From an uncultured bacterium (GTDB lineage Bacteria > Patescibacteriota > Minisyncoccia > Phycocordibacterales > GWA1-40-21): DNA of 64,000 bases. Position 1 is the stretch's first letter; each line of letters begins with the position of its first letter. This document shows, piece after piece, positions 19,627 to 28,981 of this stretch. Position numbers and translations under genes: made by a program. Where the stretch lies: contig CAILDB010000014.1 in the NCBI GenBank assembly GCA_903832855.1, positions 64,144 through 128,143 on the forward strand. The letters run 5' to 3'. The notes under the pieces are model-generated. The model worked only from the letters and a program-made list of their open reading frames with translations. It made no database searches and was not told the origin of the DNA.

Positions 19627-19640
19627 TTTTCCTTTCTTGG

Positions 19641-20468
19641 TTAAACAATCATTTCGGCTTTGATTGACGGATGATGTTCGTAATCAACGAGCTTGATATC
19701 GTCCATCGTGAACTTGTCAAGGTCCTTGACATCTGGATTGAGCCAGAGTTTTGGGAGCTTCATTGGTTCACGAGAGAGCTGTTCTTTCACTGCATCAAAA
19801 TGCTCGTGATAGATGTGAGCGTCATTGAGTGTAATGACAAACTCATGAGGTGTCATACCGACTACCTGCGCCACCATTGCGAGTAGCAGAGCATAGGAAG
19901 CGATGTTGAAGGGAACTCCCAAGAACATATCGCAACTACGCTGTGTCATATGCAAAGACAACTTTCCGTTCGCAGCAAAGAATTGACAGATCATATGACA
20001 AGGTGGCAAAGCCATCTCATCAAGTTCACCAGGATTCCATGCTGTGACGACAAGTCGTCTGTCATTTGGATCAGCTTTCAGTTTGTTTATCAGATTTGCA
20101 ATTTGGTCCACTTCCGTGCCGTTAGGTTTTCTCCAATGCCTCCATTGGACACCATATACACGACCGAGATCGCCTGGAAATTTTGCTTTTGGCTTCCAGT
20201 AAGGAGCCTCGGCATTGTCTGTCCAGATGGTGTGGTCTTTGCCCATGATTTCTTTCAGGCGTGCATCACTGTCGCTACCTTCCAGAAACCATAGCAATTC
20301 GCCCTTAACTCCATTGAATGCCAGTTGCTTGGTAGTTACGGCTGGAAAGCCTTCTTCCAAATTGAAACGCATTTGAATCGCAAAGCACGCTCTCGTCACG
20401 GCATTTCTGCCTTTACGATCAACGCCTTCGCTCAAAATCTTTTTCAAAACATCATTATATATTTTCAT
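19641..20468 (-). CDS. thyA: Thymidylate synthase
   Basis: ELLWFL, YGVQWR, LPPCH, QRSCDMFLGVPFNIASY. Confidence 0.96.
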   Translation of the reverse strand: MKIYNDVLKKILSEGVDRKGRNAVTRACFAIQMRFNLEEGFPAVTTKQLAFNGVKGELLWFLEGSDSDARLKEIMGKDHTIWTDNAEAPYWKPKAKFPGDLGRVYGVQWRHWRKPNGTEVDQIANLINKLKADPNDRRLVVTAWNPGELDEMALPPCHMICQFFAANGKLSLHMTQRSCDMFLGVPFNIASYALLLAMVAQVVGMTPHEFVITLNDAHIYHEHFDAVKEQLSREPMKLPKLWLNPDVKDLDKFTMDDIKLVDYEHHPSIKAEMIV

Positions 20469-20487
20469 ATGTTTACCTTTCTTTGTT

Positions 20488-20499
20488 TGTTAAAGACCA
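20488..20499 (-). promoter_or_regulatory. boxA-like motif TGGTCTTTAACA in thyA leader
   Basis: One mismatch to rrn boxA TGCTCTTTAACA; similar motifs before several other genes. Confidence 0.5.
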
Positions 20500-20579
20500 T
20501 TTGGTCTATGTTTATAATATCTCTTATTTAATAAAAAACAAGCTTGTTATTAGACCAAATTTAATTTAATATTAATCAT

Positions 20580-21842
20580 ATGAAAGATAAACAAATTGAG
20601 AAACTGATAAAAGCAGAAGAAGCGAGGCAGAAAAAAACGATTTCGCTGATTGCTTCGGAAAATTATGTCTCGGATGATGTGCTCAAAGCACTTGGTTCAA
20701 AATTTACAAATAAATATTCGGAAGGTTATCCTGGAAAAAGATATTATAAAGGCCAGACTTACACAGATCAGGTAGAAGAACTTTGCAGAGAGAGGGCGTT
20801 AAAACTTTTTAAACTTTCTCCTGAAAAATGGGCAGTAAATGTTCAGCCACTTTCTGGTTCACCGGCAAATCTTGCTGTGTATGTAGCTCTGGTGCCTGCC
20901 GGTGGAAAAGTAATGGGAATGTCTCTTGATCATGGAGGGCACCTCACTCACGGGCACAAAGTTTCTGCGACAGGGAAATATTGGATGCAGGTGCCTTATG
21001 GAGTAAATAAAAATACGGAAGTTTTGGATTATGATGAATTAAAAAAACTTGCGATTGCCGAAAAACCAGCGATGATAATTGCCGGTTACACTGCATATCC
21101 TAGAATTGTAGATTTCAAAAAATTCAGAGAAATTGCAAATGCGTGTGGCCCCATTAGAACTGACGGGGCAAGCCCTACTTCTAACGGGGCAAGAGCAATA
21201 CTTATGGTAGATATGTCGCATTTTGCCGGACTTGTGGCGGGTGGAGCGTATCCGTCACCATTTGAATATGCAGATGTCGTGACGACCACGGTGCACAAAA
21301 CTTTGCGTGGTCCAAGAAGTGCTTTAATTTTTTCAAGAAAAGATAAAACAAAAACAAGTGTAAAAGGAAATGAAATAAGTTTTTCTGAACTCATAGACAA
21401 AGCTGTTTTCCCAGGACTTCAGGGCGGTCCACATATGAATCAAATTGCTGCCGTAGCTGTGGCTCTGAAAGAAGCGAGTACACCGGCATTTAAAAAATAT
21501 GCAAAACAAGTAATTAAAAATGCAAAAGTTCTTTCTGATGAGCTCAAAAAACTTGGTTGGAAAATTATTTCCGGCGGAACGGATAGTCACCTCATTTTGA
21601 TGGATACTTTTATGAATGGCAAAGGCATGAGCGGAGCTGAGGCGAGCGACAAGCTTGAAAAAGAAGGAATTATCGTAAACAAAAACACTATTCCAAATGA
21701 AACCAGAAGCCCTGTGGATCCTTCAGGAATTCGTCTAGGCACAGCCGGCGAGACGACTCGTGGTGCAAAAGAAAAAGATATGATAAAATTAGCAAAGAGA
21801 ATAGATGGGGTTCTTTTTAGGAAAGGAGGTGATAAATTTTGA
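20580..21842 (+). CDS. glyA: Serine hydroxymethyltransferase with in-frame palindromic insert
   Basis: LIASEN, NKYSEGYPGKRYY, GGHLTHG, TTTVHKTLRGPR, QGGP. Confidence 0.96.
   Translation: MKDKQIEKLIKAEEARQKKTISLIASENYVSDDVLKALGSKFTNKYSEGYPGKRYYKGQTYTDQVEELCRERALKLFKLSPEKWAVNVQPLSGSPANLAVYVALVPAGGKVMGMSLDHGGHLTHGHKVSATGKYWMQVPYGVNKNTEVLDYDELKKLAIAEKPAMIIAGYTAYPRIVDFKKFREIANACGPIRTDGASPTSNGARAILMVDMSHFAGLVAGGAYPSPFEYADVVTTTVHKTLRGPRSALIFSRKDKTKTSVKGNEISFSELIDKAVFPGLQGGPHMNQIAAVAVALKEASTPAFKKYAKQVIKNAKVLSDELKKLGWKIISGGTDSHLILMDTFMNGKGMSGAEASDKLEKEGIIVNKNTIPNETRSPVDPSGIRLGTAGETTRGAKEKDMIKLAKRIDGVLFRKGGDKF
21148..21190. repeat. Family B-like palindrome inside glyA
   Basis: gccccattagaa...ttctaacggggc, encoding the extra peptide PIRTDGASPTSNG. 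Confidence 0.75.
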
Positions 21843-21875
21843 TTAGAGTACATCTACCGCAAACAAGGAGATGGT

Positions 21876-22064
21876 ATGAGACCAGAATGGAATTTGGTAG
21901 GCCAAAAAGCAGATGGTTCGGGACTCAACATTTTTTCTTGTTTCAATTGCGAAAGGAGGTGCATGGTCGAAGTTTCTACTTCTAAACACAATGGTTCATG
22001 CATACCGGACCCGGTGGAAAGGGAATTTAGTCGGTTTCAGAGAAAGGAATATGCTGTCTTTTAA
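21876..22064 (+). CDS. Small hypothetical protein with CxxC
   Basis: SD aaggag 5 nt upstream; followed by a terminator at ~22125-22156. Confidence 0.45.
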   Translation: MRPEWNLVGQKADGSGLNIFSCFNCERRCMVEVSTSKHNGSCIPDPVEREFSRFQRKEYAVF

Positions 22065-22254
22065 CCCACCACCGCAAGGGAGGGGGTGATCCATATCTCG
22101 CGTGAGATGCACGCGTAGATGCTCTCCCCCCACTGTAAAAGGTGGGGGACTTTTTTATCCGAGTATTAACCCAGTGCATAAATTGACAAATTTTTTCATA
22201 AGCATAAGATATAAATAGATTTGAGTTCTCAATAAAAATGGAAAGGAGCGCAAT

Positions 22255-22491
22255 ATGCGAGAAGGTGTTTTGTTTAAATGTACCGGGAATCTGGATGCAC
22301 ATAAATGTAACGATAGGAAATGCCCCCACAGGAAGGCGCATGTTCCTGGATATGATTGTGGCAACTCGTCGTGCAACAGTGCTAGTCATGTTTGCACAAT
22401 ACCGGGAGTTAAACTGCCTTTTGAGCCAACCGTAGAAAACGGTGGCTTGGTCTCGTGCATTTCAATCGGAGGGAAATGTGATTTCCCATAA
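22255..22491 (+). CDS. Small Cys/His-rich protein (domain shared with the C-terminus of 41935-42639)
   Basis: SD aaggag; terminator 22491-22532; HKC..RKCPHR..H motif. Confidence 0.7.
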   Translation: MREGVLFKCTGNLDAHKCNDRKCPHRKAHVPGYDCGNSSCNSASHVCTIPGVKLPFEPTVENGGLVSCISIGGKCDFP

Positions 22492-22575
22492 ATGACTCTG
22501 GCACACTCAGGTGTGCCGAGTCATTTTTTTTTGCAAAGAAAAAACCCGCTGTTTTTGCAAACAGCGGGCTCATTT

Positions 22576-23646
22576 CTATCCCTCAACCAACTCCTTCATT
22601 AGCTCGGCGACGGAAATGATTTTTTTGATACGATAAGCATTACTGCCGACCGTAAACATTGGAGGTTCACTTGGGGCCATACCTACGGCCGCCCTGAGTG
22701 CATCACAGATACAGAAGTAATCCTTGTTTAAGGGATTATTGGGAGCAGCTTTGCAGACCGTGTATCTGCCTTCGCTGTCTTTTCCCAAAACATAACCCAT
22801 CCTACATTTCGGATGACGCGTCCCTTGACACATTTCCAAATATGCAGGAGAGCCCCTCAGTATCCGAAAAGGGAAACCACAAGGTGAACTTGGCACCACT
22901 ATGATGTCCTCTTCTGTTGAACTAACAATTTGCTGTTTGAATTCCTCCGTTGCTGAACTTTCAAAAGTGGCTAGAAATCTCGTCGCCATTTGGACACCAC
23001 TTGCCCCCATTTCTAGGAACCTTATGATGTCTTCATGAGTATATATTCCACCAGCCACAATGACTGGGATATTTCCATTTTCCGAAGCCACCTTCAGAAC
23101 TTCCGGCAAGATGTTTTCCAGAGCAAACTCCGGTTTGTAGACATCTTCCAGATGAAAACCCAAATGTCCTCCAGCCATCGGACCTTCTAGAACCACTGCG
23201 TCTGGCCGATGTCGCCAGCGTCGCAGAATTATGTTTAAGGTTCGAGCCGAAGAGGCAATGAGTATCTGAGCTGTATCTCCAGAGTCGGCGATTAGTTTGG
23301 GAACACCCGCTCCCAAAAAGACCGCAGTAACCTTGGCATCTATCGCAGCTCGGATTGTTTCGTCGTAACTCTCGTCGAGAATTCGCATTATGTTGATGCC
23401 GACGAGATAGCCGTCTGCCATCGCGGTTTCAATTTCTTCTCTGACCGCTTCGTAGGTAGTGTACGGCTTTTTGTTTCTCAAAGCGTAAAGGTCTTTCAAC
23501 CCTGCGCTTGAAAGAACGCCGAGACCACCTGTGCGGAAGACCGCTCTCGTCAGCGGGGTTCCAGACACCCCGGCACCCATTCCACCTTGTATGATGCAAT
23601 AGGGCAGTTCAAAATTCTTGATTCTCAATCCAGGAATCGTGTTCAT
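22576..23646 (-). CDS. Nitronate monooxygenase / FabK-FabX-like FMN protein with C-terminal Cys cluster
   Basis: IIQGGMG, EGPMAGGHLG, VAGGI, GVQMATRF, C..GYVL..C..FCIC. Confidence 0.85.
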   Translation of the reverse strand: MNTIPGLRIKNFELPYCIIQGGMGAGVSGTPLTRAVFRTGGLGVLSSAGLKDLYALRNKKPYTTYEAVREEIETAMADGYLVGINIMRILDESYDETIRAAIDAKVTAVFLGAGVPKLIADSGDTAQILIASSARTLNIILRRWRHRPDAVVLEGPMAGGHLGFHLEDVYKPEFALENILPEVLKVASENGNIPVIVAGGIYTHEDIIRFLEMGASGVQMATRFLATFESSATEEFKQQIVSSTEEDIIVVPSSPCGFPFRILRGSPAYLEMCQGTRHPKCRMGYVLGKDSEGRYTVCKAAPNNPLNKDYFCICDALRAAVGMAPSEPPMFTVGSNAYRIKKIISVAELMKELVEG

Positions 23647-23827
23647 TTGATATTTCCTCCTATAAGTTAAAGAACGCCTTTTCTAAATAAATGATAGCAC
23701 AACTTGGAATTTTTTCCACTTAGTTATTGAAGACAAGAGAGTCGAATTTTTTGCGGCAAAAAATTCGGCTTCAGTTTTGCGTCCCAAACTATTAAATGAT
23801 ATTATGTTTGCATAATTAATTTTTAAA

Positions 23828-26800
23828 GTGAAACGCCAAAATTGTTCTTTTTATATCGCGGGCTTATTTTTTTTGTCTTTTTTTATACTTTTTTCTCCAT
23901 TAAATAATGTTTTTGCAGAAACTGAACTCCACGCTGGAGATGACGGACTTTATCATATCTCCACAGACACAACTTGGACAAAATCTGCTGGGCCTTATGT
24001 TATTTATAACGATGTATCAGTGGATAGTGGATCTATTTTGACTATTGAAGCAGGAACTGAAATTAAGCTCGCGGCTGGTGTTTACATTAATGTTCTTGGA
24101 AAATTGATTGCAAACGGGACGGAAAGTGAAAAAGTTTCTTTCACATCTTTAGATAGTGCTTTACCGTGGGGAGCGGTTTATGCCCTTAACGGAGGAAGCT
24201 ACGAAGTACACAATGCCGATGTATCTTATGCAGACAGCGCTTTTGGTGCTTATCATGGAAATGGTTCTCTAGATTCGGTTAGTGTTCATGACTGTAAGTA
24301 TGGTCTAGACATTACCGATGGTAATTTTGATGTAAAAAATAGCTCTTTTACAAATATGTCTCGTATTGTCGCGGATATTTACGACAATAGCCATCTCTCA
24401 TTCACATCTTCTAGTATAGAAAATCCGGGAAGGAGAGTATTTAGAGTAACTCACGGAAGCACATTAAATCTTTCTGATTTAAGTTTGGATGATGCTCACG
24501 GTGACCAAGTGTTTGAAGTTTACAGGGAAAGCTCTGTGAACGTTGATAATTTATCTGTCAAAAATTTTTACGGATATTCTGTCGCAGAAGTTTATCAAAA
24601 CAGTTTGATAAGTATTACAAATTCAACGATAGAAGATTCAACGACAGGATGGGGAGACGTGATTGAAATTTTTGACAGCAGTCATCTTACTCTCACGAAT
24701 TCTACGATAAAAAATACAATAGGGTGGTCTGCGATAAATGTCGGTGATTGCAGAGATAATTCTAGTTCAACTGTGGACATATCAGATTCGGTGATAGATG
24801 GGGGAACAGAAATGGGGGTGGCACTCATCTGTTCTGTGACGGCAAATATATCAAATACAAAAATTACAAATTTTTTGACTGCTGGGGTGGAATCTCTTAG
24901 TAATCCGGTTATAAGAATTTCGAATAGTGAAATTTCGGGGAATGATAGGGGAATAGAAAGTTATGGTGGGGATGTTGAGATCACAGACAGTATTATTAAA
25001 GATAATTTATCATACGGGATTTATAATTTAGCTTCGTATTATGATTCTTACTATGAGATTTGGGTAGAAAAATTGCCAATAAAAGCCGATGGAAACTGGT
25101 GGGGGGATAAGAGCGGGCCGTTTAATGCAACATTAAACGGCCCCGGCCTCGCAAACCCAGTATCTTCCAACGTTGAATTCTCCCCCTGGCTCAAAAGCGA
25201 CCCAAAAATAAAAAAGAAAAATCCCGTAATAATTATCCCTGGAATTATGGGCACACATATCTCGCAAAATTATGGCGACAACGAAGAACTTTGGCCGAAT
25301 GTTGGTAAACTCCTCGGTTCTTTTACGGATGAATTTTTGAATGATCTCTCATTCAACACTGACGGGACAGAAAACGCCGATTTCCCAATGACTATCGGGG
25401 ATATTGTGCGGAAAGTGGAGCTTGCAGGGCAGACCGTTACAGATACATTTGACGGATTGATTTCGACTTTGATTGCGGACGGATATACCGAAGGCACCGA
25501 CCTTTTTGTTTTTCCGTATGACTGGAGGAAAAGCGATTCTGATGATGCAGTACTTTTGAAAAGTAAAATTGATGAAGTACTCGCGCAGACAGGCGGAAGT
25601 AAGGTGGATATCATCGCTCACTCAATGGGAGGACTCATAGCCTCAAAATATGTTGCCGATAATACTGCAGAAAAAGTTGATAAATTAATTTTCATCGGCA
25701 CACCGCATCTTGGCGCACCGAAGGCATTTAAGGCACTGATGTATGGGGATGATATGGGGATAAAACTTGGAAGTTTGAGCTTTCTTCACCCTCCTGAATT
25801 AAAAAAGATCTCTCAAAATTTTCCTTCCGTTTTTGATTTATTACCAAGCCAAGCATATTCATACAAATATATTTACGATATGACGGCAACTACCAGCAAA
25901 TGGTTGGACTATGACGAGGTAAAAAATTTTATCATCAATCACGGCGGAAACGAATCCCTTTTTTCACAAGCAGAAAGTTTGCACGCAAGCACGGATACTT
26001 TTGATCTATCAGGAGCAGATGTCTACAACTTTTCCGGTTGTGGCACGACCAAAACTATTGGCAGTATGACCGTAAAAAAGAAAAAATCTTGGACATCTCT
26101 CGGCCAAAAGCTTGTAGATGACTATAGTATTGATTATGTAAACGGCGATGAGACAGTTCCTCTTGTCTCCGCAGTCGGCCCGTTTGGTGATCGCAATTAT
26201 TATGTAAAAGGTTTTAAACATTCAGAGCTTCCATCTGCAGACGGCGTTCCTGAAACTATTTTTTCTATTTTGTCTGGCGTCAGTGCCACTACGACATCAA
26301 ATATTTCCAAAAGTGATTTATTTTGTGACATTCCCGGACAAGTTGTCTCCACCCACAGTCCCGTCACATTGGATATTTACGATGACCTAGGCAATCACAC
26401 TGGCCCAGTGGATGGGGGAGATATTGAATATGGAATAGAGGGTGTAAGCTATGACATTGTTGGCACATCTGCTTTTGCATTTCTCCCAGAAGGCAGAAGT
26501 TACAGAATAGTCATTCACGCTACCGACATTGGTGCATATGATTTTTACATTACAAAGCTCGGCACAGGTGGAGGCACAGTGAGCGAAGCGTATTGGAATG
26601 AAATTCCTCTCACAACTTTGTCTACAAATTCAGAAATAAATATTTCTTCTACAAGCACCGAATATGTAATAGAAACAGACCAAGAGGGTGATGGAATTTT
26701 TGAATCAACAACCACTCCTTCATCTATACTTTCTGCCACAACGAGCGAGGATTTAATTTCTCCACAATCCACAAGCACTGTTTCAAATGGTATTGTTTCA

Positions 26801-27373
26801 CTTTCTGCCGTAGACGACAATTCTGGTATTCTAAAAATAGAATATTCTTTTGACGGAAATACTTGGAATTTATACACAAAACCATTTTCTGCATATGGCA
26901 AAACTGTCAGTTATTTTGCAACCGACAATGCCGGAAATATTGAATCATTTCAAACTATTACCATACCCAATTTGGAAGTTGCTATCTCATCTGGTGGAGG
27001 TGGTGGTCCAATAATTCAAATTCCTATCCCCTCTGTCCCTTCTGTCATTCCCGTGCAGACGGGAATCCAGTCTCCTTCCTCTTCATCTCCCTCTGTTCTC
27101 TCTGTCATTCCCGTGACCCACCCCGTGAAATCTGATTTGTATTTCACTGGGGACACGGGAATCCAGTCTTCCTCTTCTCTGTCATCCCGACGCAGGTCGG
27201 GATCCATCCCCTCTGTTGTTCATTCTGTCTTTGCGAGGAGCTCTGCGACGAAGCAATCTACTCCGATCCTCACCGCCTCCGTCATAGACTCCAGAATAAA
27301 TATCCCCTCAATAATCACAACCTTCTTCCACAATCTCTGGTCCCACATATTTTCATTCTTTAAACACTTGTGA
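23828..27373 (+). CDS. Large secreted protein: parallel beta-helix + LCAT/PGAP1-like alpha/beta hydrolase (lipase/acyltransferase) + Ig-like tail
   Basis: Signal peptide; NWWG..SGP; IIPGIMGT, FPYDWR, AHSMGG, GTPHLGAP, GDETVP. Confidence 0.85.
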   Translation: MKRQNCSFYIAGLFFLSFFILFSPLNNVFAETELHAGDDGLYHISTDTTWTKSAGPYVIYNDVSVDSGSILTIEAGTEIKLAAGVYINVLGKLIANGTESEKVSFTSLDSALPWGAVYALNGGSYEVHNADVSYADSAFGAYHGNGSLDSVSVHDCKYGLDITDGNFDVKNSSFTNMSRIVADIYDNSHLSFTSSSIENPGRRVFRVTHGSTLNLSDLSLDDAHGDQVFEVYRESSVNVDNLSVKNFYGYSVAEVYQNSLISITNSTIEDSTTGWGDVIEIFDSSHLTLTNSTIKNTIGWSAINVGDCRDNSSSTVDISDSVIDGGTEMGVALICSVTANISNTKITNFLTAGVESLSNPVIRISNSEISGNDRGIESYGGDVEITDSIIKDNLSYGIYNLASYYDSYYEIWVEKLPIKADGNWWGDKSGPFNATLNGPGLANPVSSNVEFSPWLKSDPKIKKKNPVIIIPGIMGTHISQNYGDNEELWPNVGKLLGSFTDEFLNDLSFNTDGTENADFPMTIGDIVRKVELAGQTVTDTFDGLISTLIADGYTEGTDLFVFPYDWRKSDSDDAVLLKSKIDEVLAQTGGSKVDIIAHSMGGLIASKYVADNTAEKVDKLIFIGTPHLGAPKAFKALMYGDDMGIKLGSLSFLHPPELKKISQNFPSVFDLLPSQAYSYKYIYDMTATTSKWLDYDEVKNFIINHGGNESLFSQAESLHASTDTFDLSGADVYNFSGCGTTKTIGSMTVKKKKSWTSLGQKLVDDYSIDYVNGDETVPLVSAVGPFGDRNYYVKGFKHSELPSADGVPETIFSILSGVSATTTSNISKSDLFCDIPGQVVSTHSPVTLDIYDDLGNHTGPVDGGDIEYGIEGVSYDIVGTSAFAFLPEGRSYRIVIHATDIGAYDFYITKLGTGGGTVSEAYWNEIPLTTLSTNSEINISSTSTEYVIETDQEGDGIFESTTTPSSILSATTSEDLISPQSTSTVSNGIVSLSAVDDNSGILKIEYSFDGNTWNLYTKPFSAYGKTVSYFATDNAGNIESFQTITIPNLEVAISSGGGGGPIIQIPIPSVPSVIPVQTGIQSPSSSSPSVLSVIPVTHPVKSDLYFTGDTGIQSSSSLSSRRRSGSIPSVVHSVFARSSATKQSTPILTASVIDSRINIPSIITTFFHNLWSHIFSFFKHL
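27041..27259. repeat. Cluster of family A/A2 palindromes, one containing a nested family B element (27121-27152), translated as the lipase C-terminus
   Basis: gtcattcccgtgcagacgggaatcca; gtcattcccgtga..[ccccgtgaaat...atttcactgggg]..acgggaatcca; gtcatcccgacgcaggtcgggatcca; gtctttgcgagg..gaagcaatct. Confidence 0.85.
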
Positions 27374-27393
27374 TAAAATAATAATCAATTCAA

Positions 27394-27738
27394 ATGCAAT
27401 CAATTCGAAACTTTTTTCATACAGACACTTGGTGGGGTAAAACAATTTTTATTGTTTTAATTTACGCACTTTATTGGTGTGTGTTTTATGGAAGTTGGCT
27501 TATTGTACCTCGTGAATATTTTGATAAGAACACAGGTCTAAGTGGTATTTTATTTTTGATACTAAATGTGATTATTGTTCCGGCTATTAGCTTTTTCATA
27601 CCACATTTTATCAAAAAACTCTTTCAGATAAACAAATTTTTCTTATATATCCTACACATTTTTCTGATTTTATTTGCACTCGGTTTGTTTCTTTACATAG
27701 GAATATTTATTGCTCTTTCTAACATCCAAATTGGCTAA
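27394..27738 (+). CDS. Small 3-TM membrane protein
   Basis: Three hydrophobic segments; directly downstream of the lipase. Confidence 0.65.
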   Translation: MQSIRNFFHTDTWWGKTIFIVLIYALYWCVFYGSWLIVPREYFDKNTGLSGILFLILNVIIVPAISFFIPHFIKKLFQINKFFLYILHIFLILFALGLFLYIGIFIALSNIQIG

Positions 27739-27855
27739 ATAATTAATTCTTTTTCAAAGATGAGGTCTTGCATCGACTTGCATTTTGTTATTTTAGGTAT
27801 AGATTTTAAGACAGAACGAACTTTTGGAATGACATTTGATTGAAAGGAGAAAGAG

Positions 27856-28179
27856 ATGAGCGAAAGACAGAGGATACACAAGTGGTACATTGAGCCACTT
27901 GATAAGGAGAGGGCTAATGAAACTCTCAGCAAGAACCAGTGGTTCTTGAGTGATGATGATAATAGATTTGATGAAATCGTATGCTCCGATGGCGAGCGAC
28001 ACAATCTGTGGGGATGTCCGGATTATGCCTTTGTTTCCATTTTGGAAAAAAGAAAATCTGAATGAAACACAGTTTTCAAAATCTGGCACCAGATAGGCAA
28101 CGGCCAAATCTGCCCGTGGGAGTTCCCCAAGGGGAAGACTGTGGCGATATCGGTAGGTGTCCCTTCCGATTCGCATTAA
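27856..28179 (+). pseudogene. Hypothetical gene interrupted by one in-frame TGA (28063-28065)
   Basis: SD aaggag; the frame continues NTVFKIWHQIGNGQICPWEF... to TAA 28177-28179, just before terminator 28197-28224. Confidence 0.55.
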
Positions 28180-28325
28180 TGACTCCAGCAGGCCTCGGCC
28201 CCGCGTACTCCGCGGGGCCTTTTTCTTGGATAAAATGGGATCAGCCACCATTTTCCTGTTGCAATTCAATGTAACTCAGGTTTGTACTAGTTGTTGCCTA
28301 AATGGATATATGCTATAGTATCTCT

Positions 28326-28351
28326 AAGTATTCCTAAAAAGCGGAATACTT
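28326..28351. promoter_or_regulatory. Inverted-repeat operator upstream of abiEi
   Basis: aagtattcc-N8-ggaatactt; AbiEi proteins autoregulate via promoter inverted repeats. Confidence 0.6.
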
Positions 28352-28360
28352 GAAGATAAT

Positions 28361-28981
28361 ATGCAATTTTTAGACTTAAAGAGCCAATTAAAGGATTTTA
28401 CAGTCTTTTCAATAAAGGATATTGAAAAGGTGGATTTGTCGTTCCATAAGCAGAGATTAAGCGAGTGGCAAAAGAAGGACTATGTGAAGAAGATCCGCCA
28501 AGGATTTTATATATTCTCTGATCTACAAATAAACGAAAAGATTCTATTCACGATTGCCAATCGTATTTACGAACCATCCTACATCTCACTTGAAATGGCT
28601 CTATCTATTTACGGAATTATTCCTGAGGCAGTTTACGGTATAACATCAGTAACATCTCAAAACACAAAGAATATAAAGACCCCAGTCGGCGATTTTATTT
28701 ATAGGCATATTCAGCCGGGCATTATGTTTGGATACGAACTTCGAGAACATGAAGGCCACCATTATCAAATTGCGGAAATAGAAAAGGCAATCTTGGATTA
28801 TTTATATTTCAATTCAAAGATTAGCGATAATGAATCTTTTGAAGGAATGAGATTAAATACTTCTGAATTAAAGGAGAAGATAAATATCGAAAAGTTTGAT
28901 AAGTATTTAGAAGCTTTTCATAATAAGTCTTTAGCTCGTCGGGCAAAGAAGTTTTTAATATATATAAATAACCATGCTTAG
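28361..28981 (+). CDS. abiEi: Type IV TA antitoxin, AbiEi family
   Basis: KIRQGFY, PSYISLEMALSIYGIIPE, AEIEKAILD. Confidence 0.88.
   Translation: MQFLDLKSQLKDFTVFSIKDIEKVDLSFHKQRLSEWQKKDYVKKIRQGFYIFSDLQINEKILFTIANRIYEPSYISLEMALSIYGIIPEAVYGITSVTSQNTKNIKTPVGDFIYRHIQPGIMFGYELREHEGHHYQIAEIEKAILDYLYFNSKISDNESFEGMRLNTSELKEKINIEKFDKYLEAFHNKSLARRAKKFLIYINNHA

Noticed and set aside
22238-22435. 65-aa ORF overlapping 22255
   Set aside because: The alternative frame has the SD and a paralogous domain
28062-28274. 70-aa ORF in the track
   Set aside because: Runs through a terminator; the in-frame continuation of 27856 explains the region better
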